A stretch of DNA of 64,000 nucleotides. Origin: an uncultured Oscillospiraceae bacterium. Lineage in GTDB: Bacteria; Bacillota; Clostridia; Oscillospirales; CAG-382. Each line of letters opens with the position of its first letter. The stretch's first letter is position 1. Below, one piece after another: positions 9,444 to 17,508 of this stretch. The notes beneath the pieces are model-generated. The model worked only from the letters and a program-made list of their open reading frames with translations. It ran no database searches and had not been told where the DNA came from. Made by a program: the position numbers and the translations under genes. Location of the stretch: positions 1,691 through 65,690 of the forward strand of contig CAZDVZ010000004.1 of NCBI GenBank assembly GCA_964509125.1, given 5' to 3'.

Positions 9444-10127
9444 TCAATCTTTCATCAATAGATCCGGACGCTTTCTTTTTGTTCTTTCTAACGACTGTTC
9501 ATAGCGCCATTTTTTTATATTTGCTTCATGACCGCTCAATAACACCTCAGGGACTTCTAAACCTTCAAAGACCCGCGGCCTCGTAAATTGCGGATACTCA
9601 AGCAGACCATTTTCCAAGCTTTCCTCAGAAGTACATTCGGGAGAGGGCAAAACGCCGGGAATTAAACGAGAAATACAATCTGATAAAATAAGAGCCGGCA
9701 ATTCTCCGCCGGTTAAAACATAATCCCCCACGGAAATTTCCTCATCGGAACAAAGAGTGATAGCGCGTTCATCAACGCCCTCATAATGTCCGCATATCAA
9801 CACCAAATTATCGTATTTTAGTAACTCTTTAGCTTTTTCTTGCGTAAAAACTTTGCCTTGCGGAGACATATATATCCTTCTGACCGAACCGTTCAATTTT
9901 GAAGTTACATCGCGGCAGCAGTCAACTAATGGTTGGCACGTCATAACCATGCCAAAGCCACCGCCAAAAGGTGAATCATCTACTTTTCTATGTTTATTTT
10001 TTGAATAACTCCTAATATCGGTACAATTAATTTCAACATAACCACCTTTTATACCACGGCCAATAATACTTTCTGAAAGATATGTTTCAACCATTTGGGG
10101 AAACAAAGTTAATATTTCAATACGCAT
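9444..10127 (-). CDS. trmD: tRNA (guanine37-N1)-methyltransferase
   Basis: 227 aa. Motifs: YMSPQGKVF, LICGHYEGVDERA, SVGDYVLTGGELPALIL. Confidence 0.95.
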   Translation of the reverse strand: MRIEILTLFPQMVETYLSESIIGRGIKGGYVEINCTDIRSYSKNKHRKVDDSPFGGGFGMVMTCQPLVDCCRDVTSKLNGSVRRIYMSPQGKVFTQEKAKELLKYDNLVLICGHYEGVDERAITLCSDEEISVGDYVLTGGELPALILSDCISRLIPGVLPSPECTSEESLENGLLEYPQFTRPRVFEGLEVPEVLLSGHEANIKKWRYEQSLERTKRKRPDLLMKD

Positions 10128-10153
10128 AAAAGCTCACTCACTTTATAATGATG

Positions 10154-10193
10154 AAAAAGGGGCTGTAAAAAAACATATTTGTTTTTTTACAGC
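10154..10193 (-). terminator. Intrinsic-terminator-like hairpin in the rimM-trmD spacer, in operon orientation
   Basis: Perfect 13-bp stem (10162-10174 GCTGTAAAAAAAC pairs with 10181-10193 GTTTTTTTACAGC) with a 6-nt loop. On the minus strand it is followed by CCCTTTTT (10161-10154). The stem is A/T-rich, so its strength is uncertain. Confidence 0.55.
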
Positions 10194-10210
10194 TTCTTCG
10201 TTCCTACTTA

Positions 10211-10433
10211 TCAAAAAAGGATAGAAAAAGGTCGTGAATGGACAAATAGAACCCAAAGCTGCACTTAAGCACTACAAGAGGGACTATTTGTTCACAGCAA
10301 AAGAGAATAATTTTATGATGATTGAAAAAACTTTTCTCATCAAAACACAAAAAAGCAGATCTATATCGATTATAACGCTCTTACTATATTATTTATCCTC
10401 TATTTGCGTCCACGACTTTTTCCCCCTTTTTAA
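10211..10433. repeat. About 220-nt non-coding element bounded by ~40-bp imperfect inverted repeats (structured RNA or MITE-like insert)
   Basis: The left arm is 10211-10250, TCAAAAAAGGATAGAAAAAGGTCGTGAATGGACAAATAGA. The reverse complement of the right arm (10399-10433) is TTAAAAAGGGGGAAAAAGTCGTGGACGCAAATAGA. Shared blocks are AAAAAGG, GAAAAAG, GTCGTG, GAC and AAATAGA. There is an internal bulged hairpin at 10311-10345. Confidence 0.5.
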
Positions 10434-10453
10434 TCATTTTAAGAAGTTAATCC

Positions 10454-10960
10454 CTATTCGGGCACTTTAACATCTTTGCCTAAACCTTCAATAAGTTCAA
10501 CCACGATTCTTTCAGGGGAAACTGATTTCACAAATGTATCGTTATAAGGAATCGTATACTCGATTCCATCGCCTCTAACAACATAATAAAAATTTCTCGG
10601 ACCTTCTTCAATCTCAGTGAGGATTCCAATCTCATCGCCTTCAATGTTGAAAACAGTCGCAGAAATTAAATCGTCATTAAAGTAAACGCCCTTTGGAAGT
10701 TTTACATCATCGCGGTCAAAATATACTGTTCTGCCCGTTAAGACAGAAGCAGCATTTCTGTCTTCGTAGCCTTTGAATATAATCGTAGACACAGAAGACC
10801 GAAAAGCTAAAATCTCAAGAAACTTTTCTCCATTGGGATCAAGATAAAGCTTCTTTACTTTGCTTAGAAAGTCGGGACTGTCACACCAACAGTCAAACCT
10901 AAGCTCCCCTTTTATTCCTCTCGGAGAACAAAGTCTGCCTGCTTCAAGATATTTTTTCAT
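10454..10960 (-). CDS. rimM: Ribosome maturation factor RimM
   Basis: 168 aa. N-terminal GRLCSPRGIKGELRF plus a C-terminal PRC-barrel. Conserved position between the KH protein gene and trmD. Confidence 0.9.
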   Translation of the reverse strand: MKKYLEAGRLCSPRGIKGELRFDCWCDSPDFLSKVKKLYLDPNGEKFLEILAFRSSVSTIIFKGYEDRNAASVLTGRTVYFDRDDVKLPKGVYFNDDLISATVFNIEGDEIGILTEIEEGPRNFYYVVRGDGIEYTIPYNDTFVKSVSPERIVVELIEGLGKDVKVPE

Positions 10961-10962
10961 AA

Positions 10963-11193
10963 CTACTGTACAATCTCAACAATCACACGCTTATTTTGCT
11001 TAATGGCAGCTGAGCGAATAAGTGTTCTAATGCATTTTGCAATTCTGCCATTGCGGCCAATGACACGTCCCATATCCTCTTTTGCAACAGTGAGTTCTAA
11101 AATGCAAACATCGCCGCTTACTTTTTCGGAAACGGAAACGCTGTCAGGGTCATTGACAATAGCCTTTGCTATGTCTGTGAGCATTTGTTTCAT
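10963..11193 (-). CDS. KH-domain RNA-binding protein (YlqC/UPF0109 family)
   Basis: 76 aa. KH GxxG motif GRVIGRNGRIAKCIRTL. Conserved location between rpsP and rimM. Confidence 0.85.
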   Translation of the reverse strand: MKQMLTDIAKAIVNDPDSVSVSEKVSGDVCILELTVAKEDMGRVIGRNGRIAKCIRTLIRSAAIKQNKRVIVEIVQ

Positions 11194-11221
11194 GGAAAAA
11201 TAACCTTTCTAATTTTATAGG

Positions 11222-11464
11222 TTAGTCCAAAATACCGTTTTTCTTTAAAATGGAACGAACGGTATCTGTAGGTTGTGCCCCGTTGGAAAGCCATTTTTTG
11301 GCTTTTTCTGCATCGATTGTAATTTCAGCGGGTTCTCTCATAGGATTGTAAAATCCAATTTCCTCAATAAATCTTCCGTCTCTTGAGAAACGTGAATCCG
11401 CAACTACGATACGATATGCGGGAGCCTTCTTTGCGCCAATTCTTCTAAGTCTGATTTTTACCAT
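11222..11464 (-). CDS. rpsP: 30S ribosomal protein S16
   Basis: 80 aa. Begins [25 protein letters not shown]. Confidence 0.95.
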   Translation of the reverse strand: MVKIRLRRIGAKKAPAYRIVVADSRFSRDGRFIEEIGFYNPMREPAEITIDAEKAKKWLSNGAQPTDTVRSILKKNGILD

Positions 11465-11511
11465 TTTTTCTTTCCTCCGAAAATAGTTTTTTTATATATT
11501 TTTTTTAATTT

Positions 11512-12831
11512 TTAAAAAGGCATCTTAAAGCGTTTTTTCGCTTTCTTAGAAGTGAACTGTTTCATAATTTGTCTCGTTTGATCAAACTGCTTTAAAAGTC
11601 TATTCACTTCCTCTACGCTTCTACCGCTTCCTGCGGCAATACGTTTTTTTCTTGATGAGTTAATTATTTCCGGTCTTACTCTTTCTTTATAAGTCATAGA
11701 CCTTATAATAGCTTCCATGTGTGCGACCGCTTTTTCATCGATCTTGGCATCTTTAAGCTGCCCTGCGTTTACTCCCGGAAGCATACCTAAAATAGATTCT
11801 AATGAACCCATTTTTTTAATTTGTTGAAATTGATCTAAAAAATCATCTAAAGTAAATGATGATTGTCTGATCTTTTGTTCAAGCTCCGCCGCCTTCTTTT
11901 CATCAATAGCTGCCTCAGCCTTCTCAATGAGGGAAAGGACGTCGCCCATTCCTAATATTCGAGACGCAACCCTGTCGGGATGAAAAGGCTCCAGATTTTC
12001 TAATTTTTCTCCGGTGCCCATAAACTTAATGGGTTTTCCCGTTACATATCTAACAGAAAGCGCGGCACCGCCCCTCGTATCGCCATCGGTTTTGGTCAAA
12101 ATTACACCCGTTATATCGAGGAGATTGTTAAAACTTTCCGCAATATTTACCGCATCCTGACCGGTCATCGCATCGACAACCAAAAGGATCTCCGTAGGTT
12201 GAACTTGGTTTTTAATGTTGCTAAGCTCTTCCATCAACTGTTCGTCAATGTGAAGTCTTCCCGCCGTATCCAAAAAAACCATGTCGTATCCGTACTTAAC
12301 AGCATAAGCAACAGCCTCTTTAGCTGTAATAACCGGATCCTGGGTGCCTCTGTCAAAAACAGGAACCTTTGCTTTTTCACCCATTATCTGAAGCTGTTTA
12401 ATCGCTGCCGGACGATATATATCACAAGCAACAAGCAAGGGATTTTTACCTTTATTTTTATACATCGCCGCAAGTTTTGCGCAATGAGTTGTCTTACCCG
12501 ACCCCTGAAGCCCGCACATAAGTATTACTGTGGGCGGCTTTGAACTTATTTCTAATTTTGAATTTTCGCTCCCCATCAATGCGATCATTTCTTCATTTAC
12601 AATCTTAACAATCTGCTGCGCCGGAAGCAAGCTTTCCAAAACATCAGCGCCAACACAACGCTCGGAAACTTTTTTTATAAACTCTTTTACAACTTTAAAG
12701 TTAACATCAGCCTCAAGAAGCGCCAGTTTTATCTCGCGCATCCCAACTTTTACATCGCTCTCCGTAAGCTTTCCCTTGCCACGAAAGAACTTAAATGCAT
12801 TGGAAAGTTTGTCACTAAGACTTTGGAACAT
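11512..12831 (-). CDS. ffh: Signal recognition particle protein Ffh
   Basis: 439 aa. GTPase motifs GLQGSGKTT, DTAGR and TKTDGD. Methionine-rich M domain with a basic C-terminus. Confidence 0.95.
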   Translation of the reverse strand: MFQSLSDKLSNAFKFFRGKGKLTESDVKVGMREIKLALLEADVNFKVVKEFIKKVSERCVGADVLESLLPAQQIVKIVNEEMIALMGSENSKLEISSKPPTVILMCGLQGSGKTTHCAKLAAMYKNKGKNPLLVACDIYRPAAIKQLQIMGEKAKVPVFDRGTQDPVITAKEAVAYAVKYGYDMVFLDTAGRLHIDEQLMEELSNIKNQVQPTEILLVVDAMTGQDAVNIAESFNNLLDITGVILTKTDGDTRGGAALSVRYVTGKPIKFMGTGEKLENLEPFHPDRVASRILGMGDVLSLIEKAEAAIDEKKAAELEQKIRQSSFTLDDFLDQFQQIKKMGSLESILGMLPGVNAGQLKDAKIDEKAVAHMEAIIRSMTYKERVRPEIINSSRKKRIAAGSGRSVEEVNRLLKQFDQTRQIMKQFTSKKAKKRFKMPF

Positions 12832-12873
12832 GTTTTCGCCTCCTTTGTTGTATAGACAACAAACATAACTGTT

Positions 12874-13260
12874 TTATTGCTGATTATTTTGATCTATATA
12901 ATCCATATGTTCTCTACCAAAATCGGAGAGTGCATTTTGTGCTGTTTTAACAGCATCATCGGAATTGCCGTTATTTTGCAAGACGGCAACCTTTAAAAGT
13001 GCGTTTCTTAAGCCTTCACACGTTTCGGTTAACTCATGACAATGGAGTTTATTTTCCAAATCAAAAAGACGCTCTTCGCCTCTCTTTAATATTTCATAAA
13101 CTCCTTGACGAGTTATTCCCAAATTTTCACTTATTTCGGATAACGACATATCCTTGTTATAATACATATCAAGTGCATCGAATTGCTTTTTAGAAAGTAC
13201 GCTCTCATAATAATCCAAAAGCAACCCAACTTGAACGAATCTATTACCTGAAAATCTCAT
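12874..13260 (-). CDS. ylxM: YlxM/UPF0122 helix-turn-helix protein (sigma-70 region-4-like)
   Basis: ORF 12874..13278. ATG 13260 is preferred. DYYESVLSKKQFDALDMYYNKDMSLSEISENLGITRQGVYEILKRG matches the YlxM pattern. Conserved ylxM-ffh pairing. Confidence 0.8.
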   Translation of the reverse strand: MRFSGNRFVQVGLLLDYYESVLSKKQFDALDMYYNKDMSLSEISENLGITRQGVYEILKRGEERLFDLENKLHCHELTETCEGLRNALLKVAVLQNNGNSDDAVKTAQNALSDFGREHMDYIDQNNQQ

Positions 13261-13325
13261 ATAACTACCAAAAAACAATATTTTTAAAAAATAATTGGTG
13301 TAAACAAAAAAACTTTACAGTCCGA

Positions 13326-13354
13326 ATTATACCTCATTTAATTTCATTTGTCAA
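13326..13354 (-). promoter_or_regulatory. Consensus sigma-A promoter for ylxM-ffh
   Basis: On the minus strand: TTGACA (13354-13349), 17-nt spacer, TATAAT (13331-13326). Confidence 0.6.
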
Positions 13355-13379
13355 GTGTTTTTTTAATTTTTTTCACTCG

Positions 13380-13408
13380 TTGACAATTAAAATATATTAT
13401 AGTATAAT
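13380..13408 (+). promoter_or_regulatory. Consensus sigma-A promoter for the radical SAM gene
   Basis: TTGACA (13380-13385), 17-nt spacer, TATAAT (13403-13408). Lies 31 nt upstream of ATG 13440. Confidence 0.6.
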
Positions 13409-13439
13409 TCTCTAAAACATCAATGAAAGGTATCTTCGT

Positions 13440-14315
13440 ATGGAATGTTATATTTGTCCTCGAAAATGCGGAGCAGACAGAAACAATGAATCGGGGTTTT
13501 GCGGTTGTGATAACGATATCAAAATATGTCGTGCTTCTCCACACCACTGGGAAGAACCGTGTCTTTCCGGCAAAGCAGGTTCGGGAACCGTTTTCTTTTC
13601 AGGATGCCAGCTTCATTGTATCTATTGCCAAAATCACAAAATTTCACACGGGGACATTGGTAAAACGGTATCTCAATCAGAATTATATGATGTTTTCTTT
13701 AAATTAAAAAACATGGGTGTGCACAATATCAACTTAGTGACACCGGATATGTACATACCGCAAATAATTCCTGTTATAAAAAAAGCAAAAAAAGATGGGA
13801 TTGAAATCCCGTTTATAATGAACTGTTCCGGCTATGAAACAGAAGAAATGATAAACTCGCTTAAAGACATTATCGATATATATCTTCCGGATTTTAAATA
13901 TATGTCTCCCCTACTTTCTCAAAAATATTCTTACGCAAAAGATTACTCAGAAATCGCAAAAAAAGCAATAGAATCCATGGTGAAACAACAAGATAAATGT
14001 ATTTTTGACTCTTATGGGATGATGCAAAAAGGGGTCATTGTTCGTCACATGATGTTGCCCGGAAAGTTGCACGACTCGAAAAAGATCCTATCATATCTGT
14101 ATGAAACATACGGAGACAATATATACATCAGCATAATGAGCCAATATACTCCGGTAGGCAAAAGCAAATACGAAGAATTAAACAAAAAAATCACAGGGGA
14201 AGAATATAACTCTCTTGTTGAATTTGCTATTTCGTTAGGTATAAAAAACTCATACATACAAGAAGGAGAAGCGGCAAATGAAAGCTTTATTCCCAACTTC
14301 TCCTGCGAATTTTAA
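13440..14315 (+). CDS. Radical SAM protein, PflX-like (homolog of pyruvate formate-lyase activase, COG1313 type)
   Basis: 291 aa. CxxxCxxC cluster CQLHCIYCQN, plus an N-terminal Cys-rich segment CPRKCGADRNNESGFCGC. Confidence 0.8.
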   Translation: MECYICPRKCGADRNNESGFCGCDNDIKICRASPHHWEEPCLSGKAGSGTVFFSGCQLHCIYCQNHKISHGDIGKTVSQSELYDVFFKLKNMGVHNINLVTPDMYIPQIIPVIKKAKKDGIEIPFIMNCSGYETEEMINSLKDIIDIYLPDFKYMSPLLSQKYSYAKDYSEIAKKAIESMVKQQDKCIFDSYGMMQKGVIVRHMMLPGKLHDSKKILSYLYETYGDNIYISIMSQYTPVGKSKYEELNKKITGEEYNSLVEFAISLGIKNSYIQEGEAANESFIPNFSCEF

Positions 14316-14316
14316 T

Positions 14317-15933
14317 TTAATTATTTTGTGTTATCAATCCATCAGAGATTGATAGCTTATAATCTATTGAGTCACGAAGTGCTATCCACGAAGCTTGGAT
14401 AATATCGGGAGAAACCCCAACCGTACGCCATGAGCTTTTTCCGTCTGCTGAATCAATAACAACTCTTACTTTCGCTTTTGTTGCTTTAGCCGAATTGATA
14501 ACACGCACCTTATAGTCTATGAGTCTCATTTCCGAAAGCGATGGATAAAATTTCTCAAGCGCCATTCTAAGAGCATTATTCATAGAATCCACAGGTCCGT
14601 TCCCTTCTGCCGCAACAAGAACAGAGTCTCCTTCAACTTGTATCTTTATAAGTGACGATGTGAGAGTTTCACCCTTTGACGGATCGGAAAGCACGATTTT
14701 AAAATCTAAAATTTCAAAATATTTTTTTCTAAGCTTTAACACGTCCAAAACTTCAAGAGAAAGCGAGCCATCTGCATAATCGAATGCATATCCTTCGCTT
14801 TCATTTTTTTTGACTCTTGAAAGTATCTCATCGGCATACTGATATAAATGTTTGTCATCCATTTCAATTTTTATATTCTTTCCAATGAATGACAACAGCT
14901 TTTCTTTTGCTGCGGCTTTCCCCGCCTGCTCTGTCAACAATGTTCTTGTTTTATTTCCCACAAGGCATGGAGATATATGCTCAAAGCCTCCCATTTTAAT
15001 ATTTCCGTCAATATGAAGTCCTGCTTTATGAGAAAATGCGTACCGTCCAATGTATGGAGTTCTCTCATTAAAAACAATATTTGAAACATCTGAAATAAAT
15101 CGAGAAACGGAAGAAAGCGACGAAAGCTGTCGCGGACTTACTATTTTCATATTCAATTTTAATTGAATGTCGGGGATCAAAACACTAAGATCTGCATTTC
15201 CACATCTTTCTCCGATCCCGCCAACAGTCCCCTGAATATGAATAGCTCCCGATTCAACAGCAACAATTGAATTTGCAACAGCTAATCCAGAATCGTTATG
15301 GCAATGAATTCCAACAGGAACAGAAAAACGCTCAGTTATACATTTTACACCTTTTTCTATAACACGTGGAAGCGATCCTCCATTAGTGTCACAAAGTATT
15401 ATTCGATCTGCTCCCGCAGAAACAGCCGCATCTACTGCACCTGTTGCAAAATCAAAATCTTCTTCCATGCCATCAAAAAAATGTTCAGCATCAAAAATAA
15501 CAAAACATCCTTTTTCTTTAGCATATTTTATACTATCAAAGATAATTCTTTGGTTTTCCGCCTCGTCTGCGCCTAAAATTCTTTCAGCTTGACTTCTGCT
15601 TGCTTTTCCACAAATGGAAACAGTACGAAATGGATTGTTTACGCCTTTTACAAAAGCTTCATTTTCCTCTGCTTTCATTCCGCATTTTATCGTAGGCATA
15701 AATGCAACAATTTTAATAGGCAGCTTGTCATTCTTTTTAAGATCATATAGTCTCTCAAAAAGTTCCGCATCTTTTTCCGAAATGCCGGGAGATCCTACCT
15801 CTGCAAACGTAACTCCAATTTTTCCCAACGCTTCGATTATGAGCAATTTATCCTCTACGGAAAACGAAATGTCAGGACTTTGAGCACCGTCTCTCAAAGT
15901 AGTATCAAAAATTTCAAAAGCATTGTCTTTCAT
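14317..15933 (-). CDS. cimA: Citramalate synthase (IPMS/homocitrate synthase family, long form)
   Basis: 538 aa. FDTTLRDGAQ, HCHNDSGLAVANS, and a C-terminal LeuA-dimer-type regulatory domain. The DGAQ variant and the length fit the CimA subfamily. Specificity cannot be proven from sequence alone. Confidence 0.75.
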   Translation of the reverse strand: MKDNAFEIFDTTLRDGAQSPDISFSVEDKLLIIEALGKIGVTFAEVGSPGISEKDAELFERLYDLKKNDKLPIKIVAFMPTIKCGMKAEENEAFVKGVNNPFRTVSICGKASRSQAERILGADEAENQRIIFDSIKYAKEKGCFVIFDAEHFFDGMEEDFDFATGAVDAAVSAGADRIILCDTNGGSLPRVIEKGVKCITERFSVPVGIHCHNDSGLAVANSIVAVESGAIHIQGTVGGIGERCGNADLSVLIPDIQLKLNMKIVSPRQLSSLSSVSRFISDVSNIVFNERTPYIGRYAFSHKAGLHIDGNIKMGGFEHISPCLVGNKTRTLLTEQAGKAAAKEKLLSFIGKNIKIEMDDKHLYQYADEILSRVKKNESEGYAFDYADGSLSLEVLDVLKLRKKYFEILDFKIVLSDPSKGETLTSSLIKIQVEGDSVLVAAEGNGPVDSMNNALRMALEKFYPSLSEMRLIDYKVRVINSAKATKAKVRVVIDSADGKSSWRTVGVSPDIIQASWIALRDSIDYKLSISDGLITQNN

Positions 15934-15941
15934 GAAAGCTC

Positions 15942-17456
15942 CTATTCACAATAAAGCATGGCTTTATTAATCGCGTTAACATAGGCTTTTATACTTGACT
16001 CTAATATGTTTGTAGAAAATCCTCTGCCCGGATGTTCACCGTTTTCATCACTGATCCTTACTCTAACTTCTCCAACAGCATCGGTTCCGCCGGTAACAGC
16101 TTTGATCTCATAAGACGTAAGGTTATATTCCTTATTAACGATTTTATTAACAGCATTAAATACTGCTTCTATGGGTCCATTTCCAATTGCAGCATCTTCA
16201 AAAACCTTTTCGTCTTTTGTGAGTGTAACCATTGCCATTGATCTAATGCTGTTACTGCATTGTATCTGGTACGACTCAAGTTCATAACCGTTTACCACGC
16301 GCGAATCCAAAATCGCTTCTTCAACCAAAACCGTTATATCTTTCTCTGAAACGTATTTTTTTCTGCAAGAAAGGTCTTTAAAAGCCGAAAACGCAGTTTT
16401 AAGAACCTCAGGCGTTGCGTGTAGTCCAAGTTCAGCCACTTTGCTATTAAAAGCGTGGTGTCCCGAATGTTTTCCTAAAACAATATTGTCTCCTCTTGAG
16501 CCAACATCTTCGGGTGAAAATATCTCATATGTCCCCCTTGACGCCATAACACCATGCTGATGTATTCCGGACTCATGTGCAAAAACATTGCTTCCTACTA
16601 TAGGTTTGTTCGTAGAAACATATACCCCCGTAAGGTTTGAAACCAATTTGCTTGCCTTTGTAAGAAGCTTTGTGTTTATTTTATGCTTTACTCCAAACAG
16701 ATCTTCGCGAACAGAAATGCCCATAGCAAGTTCTTCGAGAGACGCATTGCCTGCCCTCTCACCTATTCCGTTTACCGTACAATCAATTTGCGTTGCGCCG
16801 CCCAAAACTCCCGCAAGAGAATTTGAAACAGCAAGTCCTAAATCATTGTGACAATGAACTGCAATGGCGACATTATCTATACCCGTTGTATTTTCTCTGA
16901 TGTTTCTGATTTTCTTTTCAAAATCAAAAGGCGTGGCATATCCCACTGTGTCAGCGATGTTAACGGTTGTTGCGCCGGCTTTAATGGCTGTCTCAAAAAC
17001 CTTTATTAAAAAATCATCTTCGGTTCTTGAAGCATCTTCCGCAGAAAATTGGACATCATAACAATACTTTTTTGCGTATTCGACAGAAGATCGAACCATT
17101 TCCAAAATTTGATCCCGTGTTTTTTTCAGTTTATATTTAAGGTGAATATCACTGGTGGCAACAAAAACATGTATTCTTGGATTCTCTGCGGATTTTATTG
17201 CATCCCAACATATGTCTATATCACTGAAAGAAGCACGTGAAAGTCCTGCAATTATACTCCCCTTAACATTAGCTGCAATTTTTGAAGCAGCCGTGAAATC
17301 ATTTTTAGATGAACAAGGAAACCCTGCCTCTATTATATCGACTCCCATATCGGAAAGTAAATTTGCAACCCTGATCTTATCGGAAACATTTATATTTACT
17401 CCCGCCATTTGTTCTCCATCACGAAGTGTGGTATCAAAAAATACAACTTTTCTCAT
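15942..17456 (-). CDS. leuA: 2-isopropylmalate synthase
   Basis: ORF 15942..17468 opens with a GTG. ATG 17456 is preferred. FFDTTLRDGEQ, HCHNDLGLAVSNS, C-terminal LeuA allosteric domain. Confidence 0.85.
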   Translation of the reverse strand: MRKVVFFDTTLRDGEQMAGVNINVSDKIRVANLLSDMGVDIIEAGFPCSSKNDFTAASKIAANVKGSIIAGLSRASFSDIDICWDAIKSAENPRIHVFVATSDIHLKYKLKKTRDQILEMVRSSVEYAKKYCYDVQFSAEDASRTEDDFLIKVFETAIKAGATTVNIADTVGYATPFDFEKKIRNIRENTTGIDNVAIAVHCHNDLGLAVSNSLAGVLGGATQIDCTVNGIGERAGNASLEELAMGISVREDLFGVKHKINTKLLTKASKLVSNLTGVYVSTNKPIVGSNVFAHESGIHQHGVMASRGTYEIFSPEDVGSRGDNIVLGKHSGHHAFNSKVAELGLHATPEVLKTAFSAFKDLSCRKKYVSEKDITVLVEEAILDSRVVNGYELESYQIQCSNSIRSMAMVTLTKDEKVFEDAAIGNGPIEAVFNAVNKIVNKEYNLTSYEIKAVTGGTDAVGEVRVRISDENGEHPGRGFSTNILESSIKAYVNAINKAMLYCE

Positions 17457-17474
17457 ATATCTTCTCACTATAGT

Positions 17475-17508
17475 AAAAGGGCGGTTTTAATTTTAACTGC
17501 CCTTTTTT
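17475..17508 (-). terminator. Symmetric (bidirectional-type) intrinsic terminator after tyrS
   Basis: Stem 17479-17486 GGGCGGTT pairs with 17495-17502 AACTGCCC (one G-U). It is flanked by AAAA (17475-17478) and TTTTTT (17503-17508). It begins 3 nt after the tyrS stop and ends 19 nt before the leuA ATG. Confidence 0.7.

Noticed and set aside
10284-10340. 18-codon minus-strand mini-ORF (MRKVFSIIIKLFSFAVNK) inside the spacer element, superficially like a type I toxin peptide
   Set aside because: There is no Shine-Dalgarno upstream. It is shorter than typical type I toxins. Its sequence coincides with the arms of the internal hairpin (10311-10345), so the hydrophobic reading is probably incidental.
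10234-10470. 78-aa plus-strand ORF in the rimM-trmD spacer
   Set aside because: It has no Shine-Dalgarno. It runs antisense into the rimM 3' end. Its composition is not protein-like, and the region is better explained by the inverted-repeat/hairpin structure.
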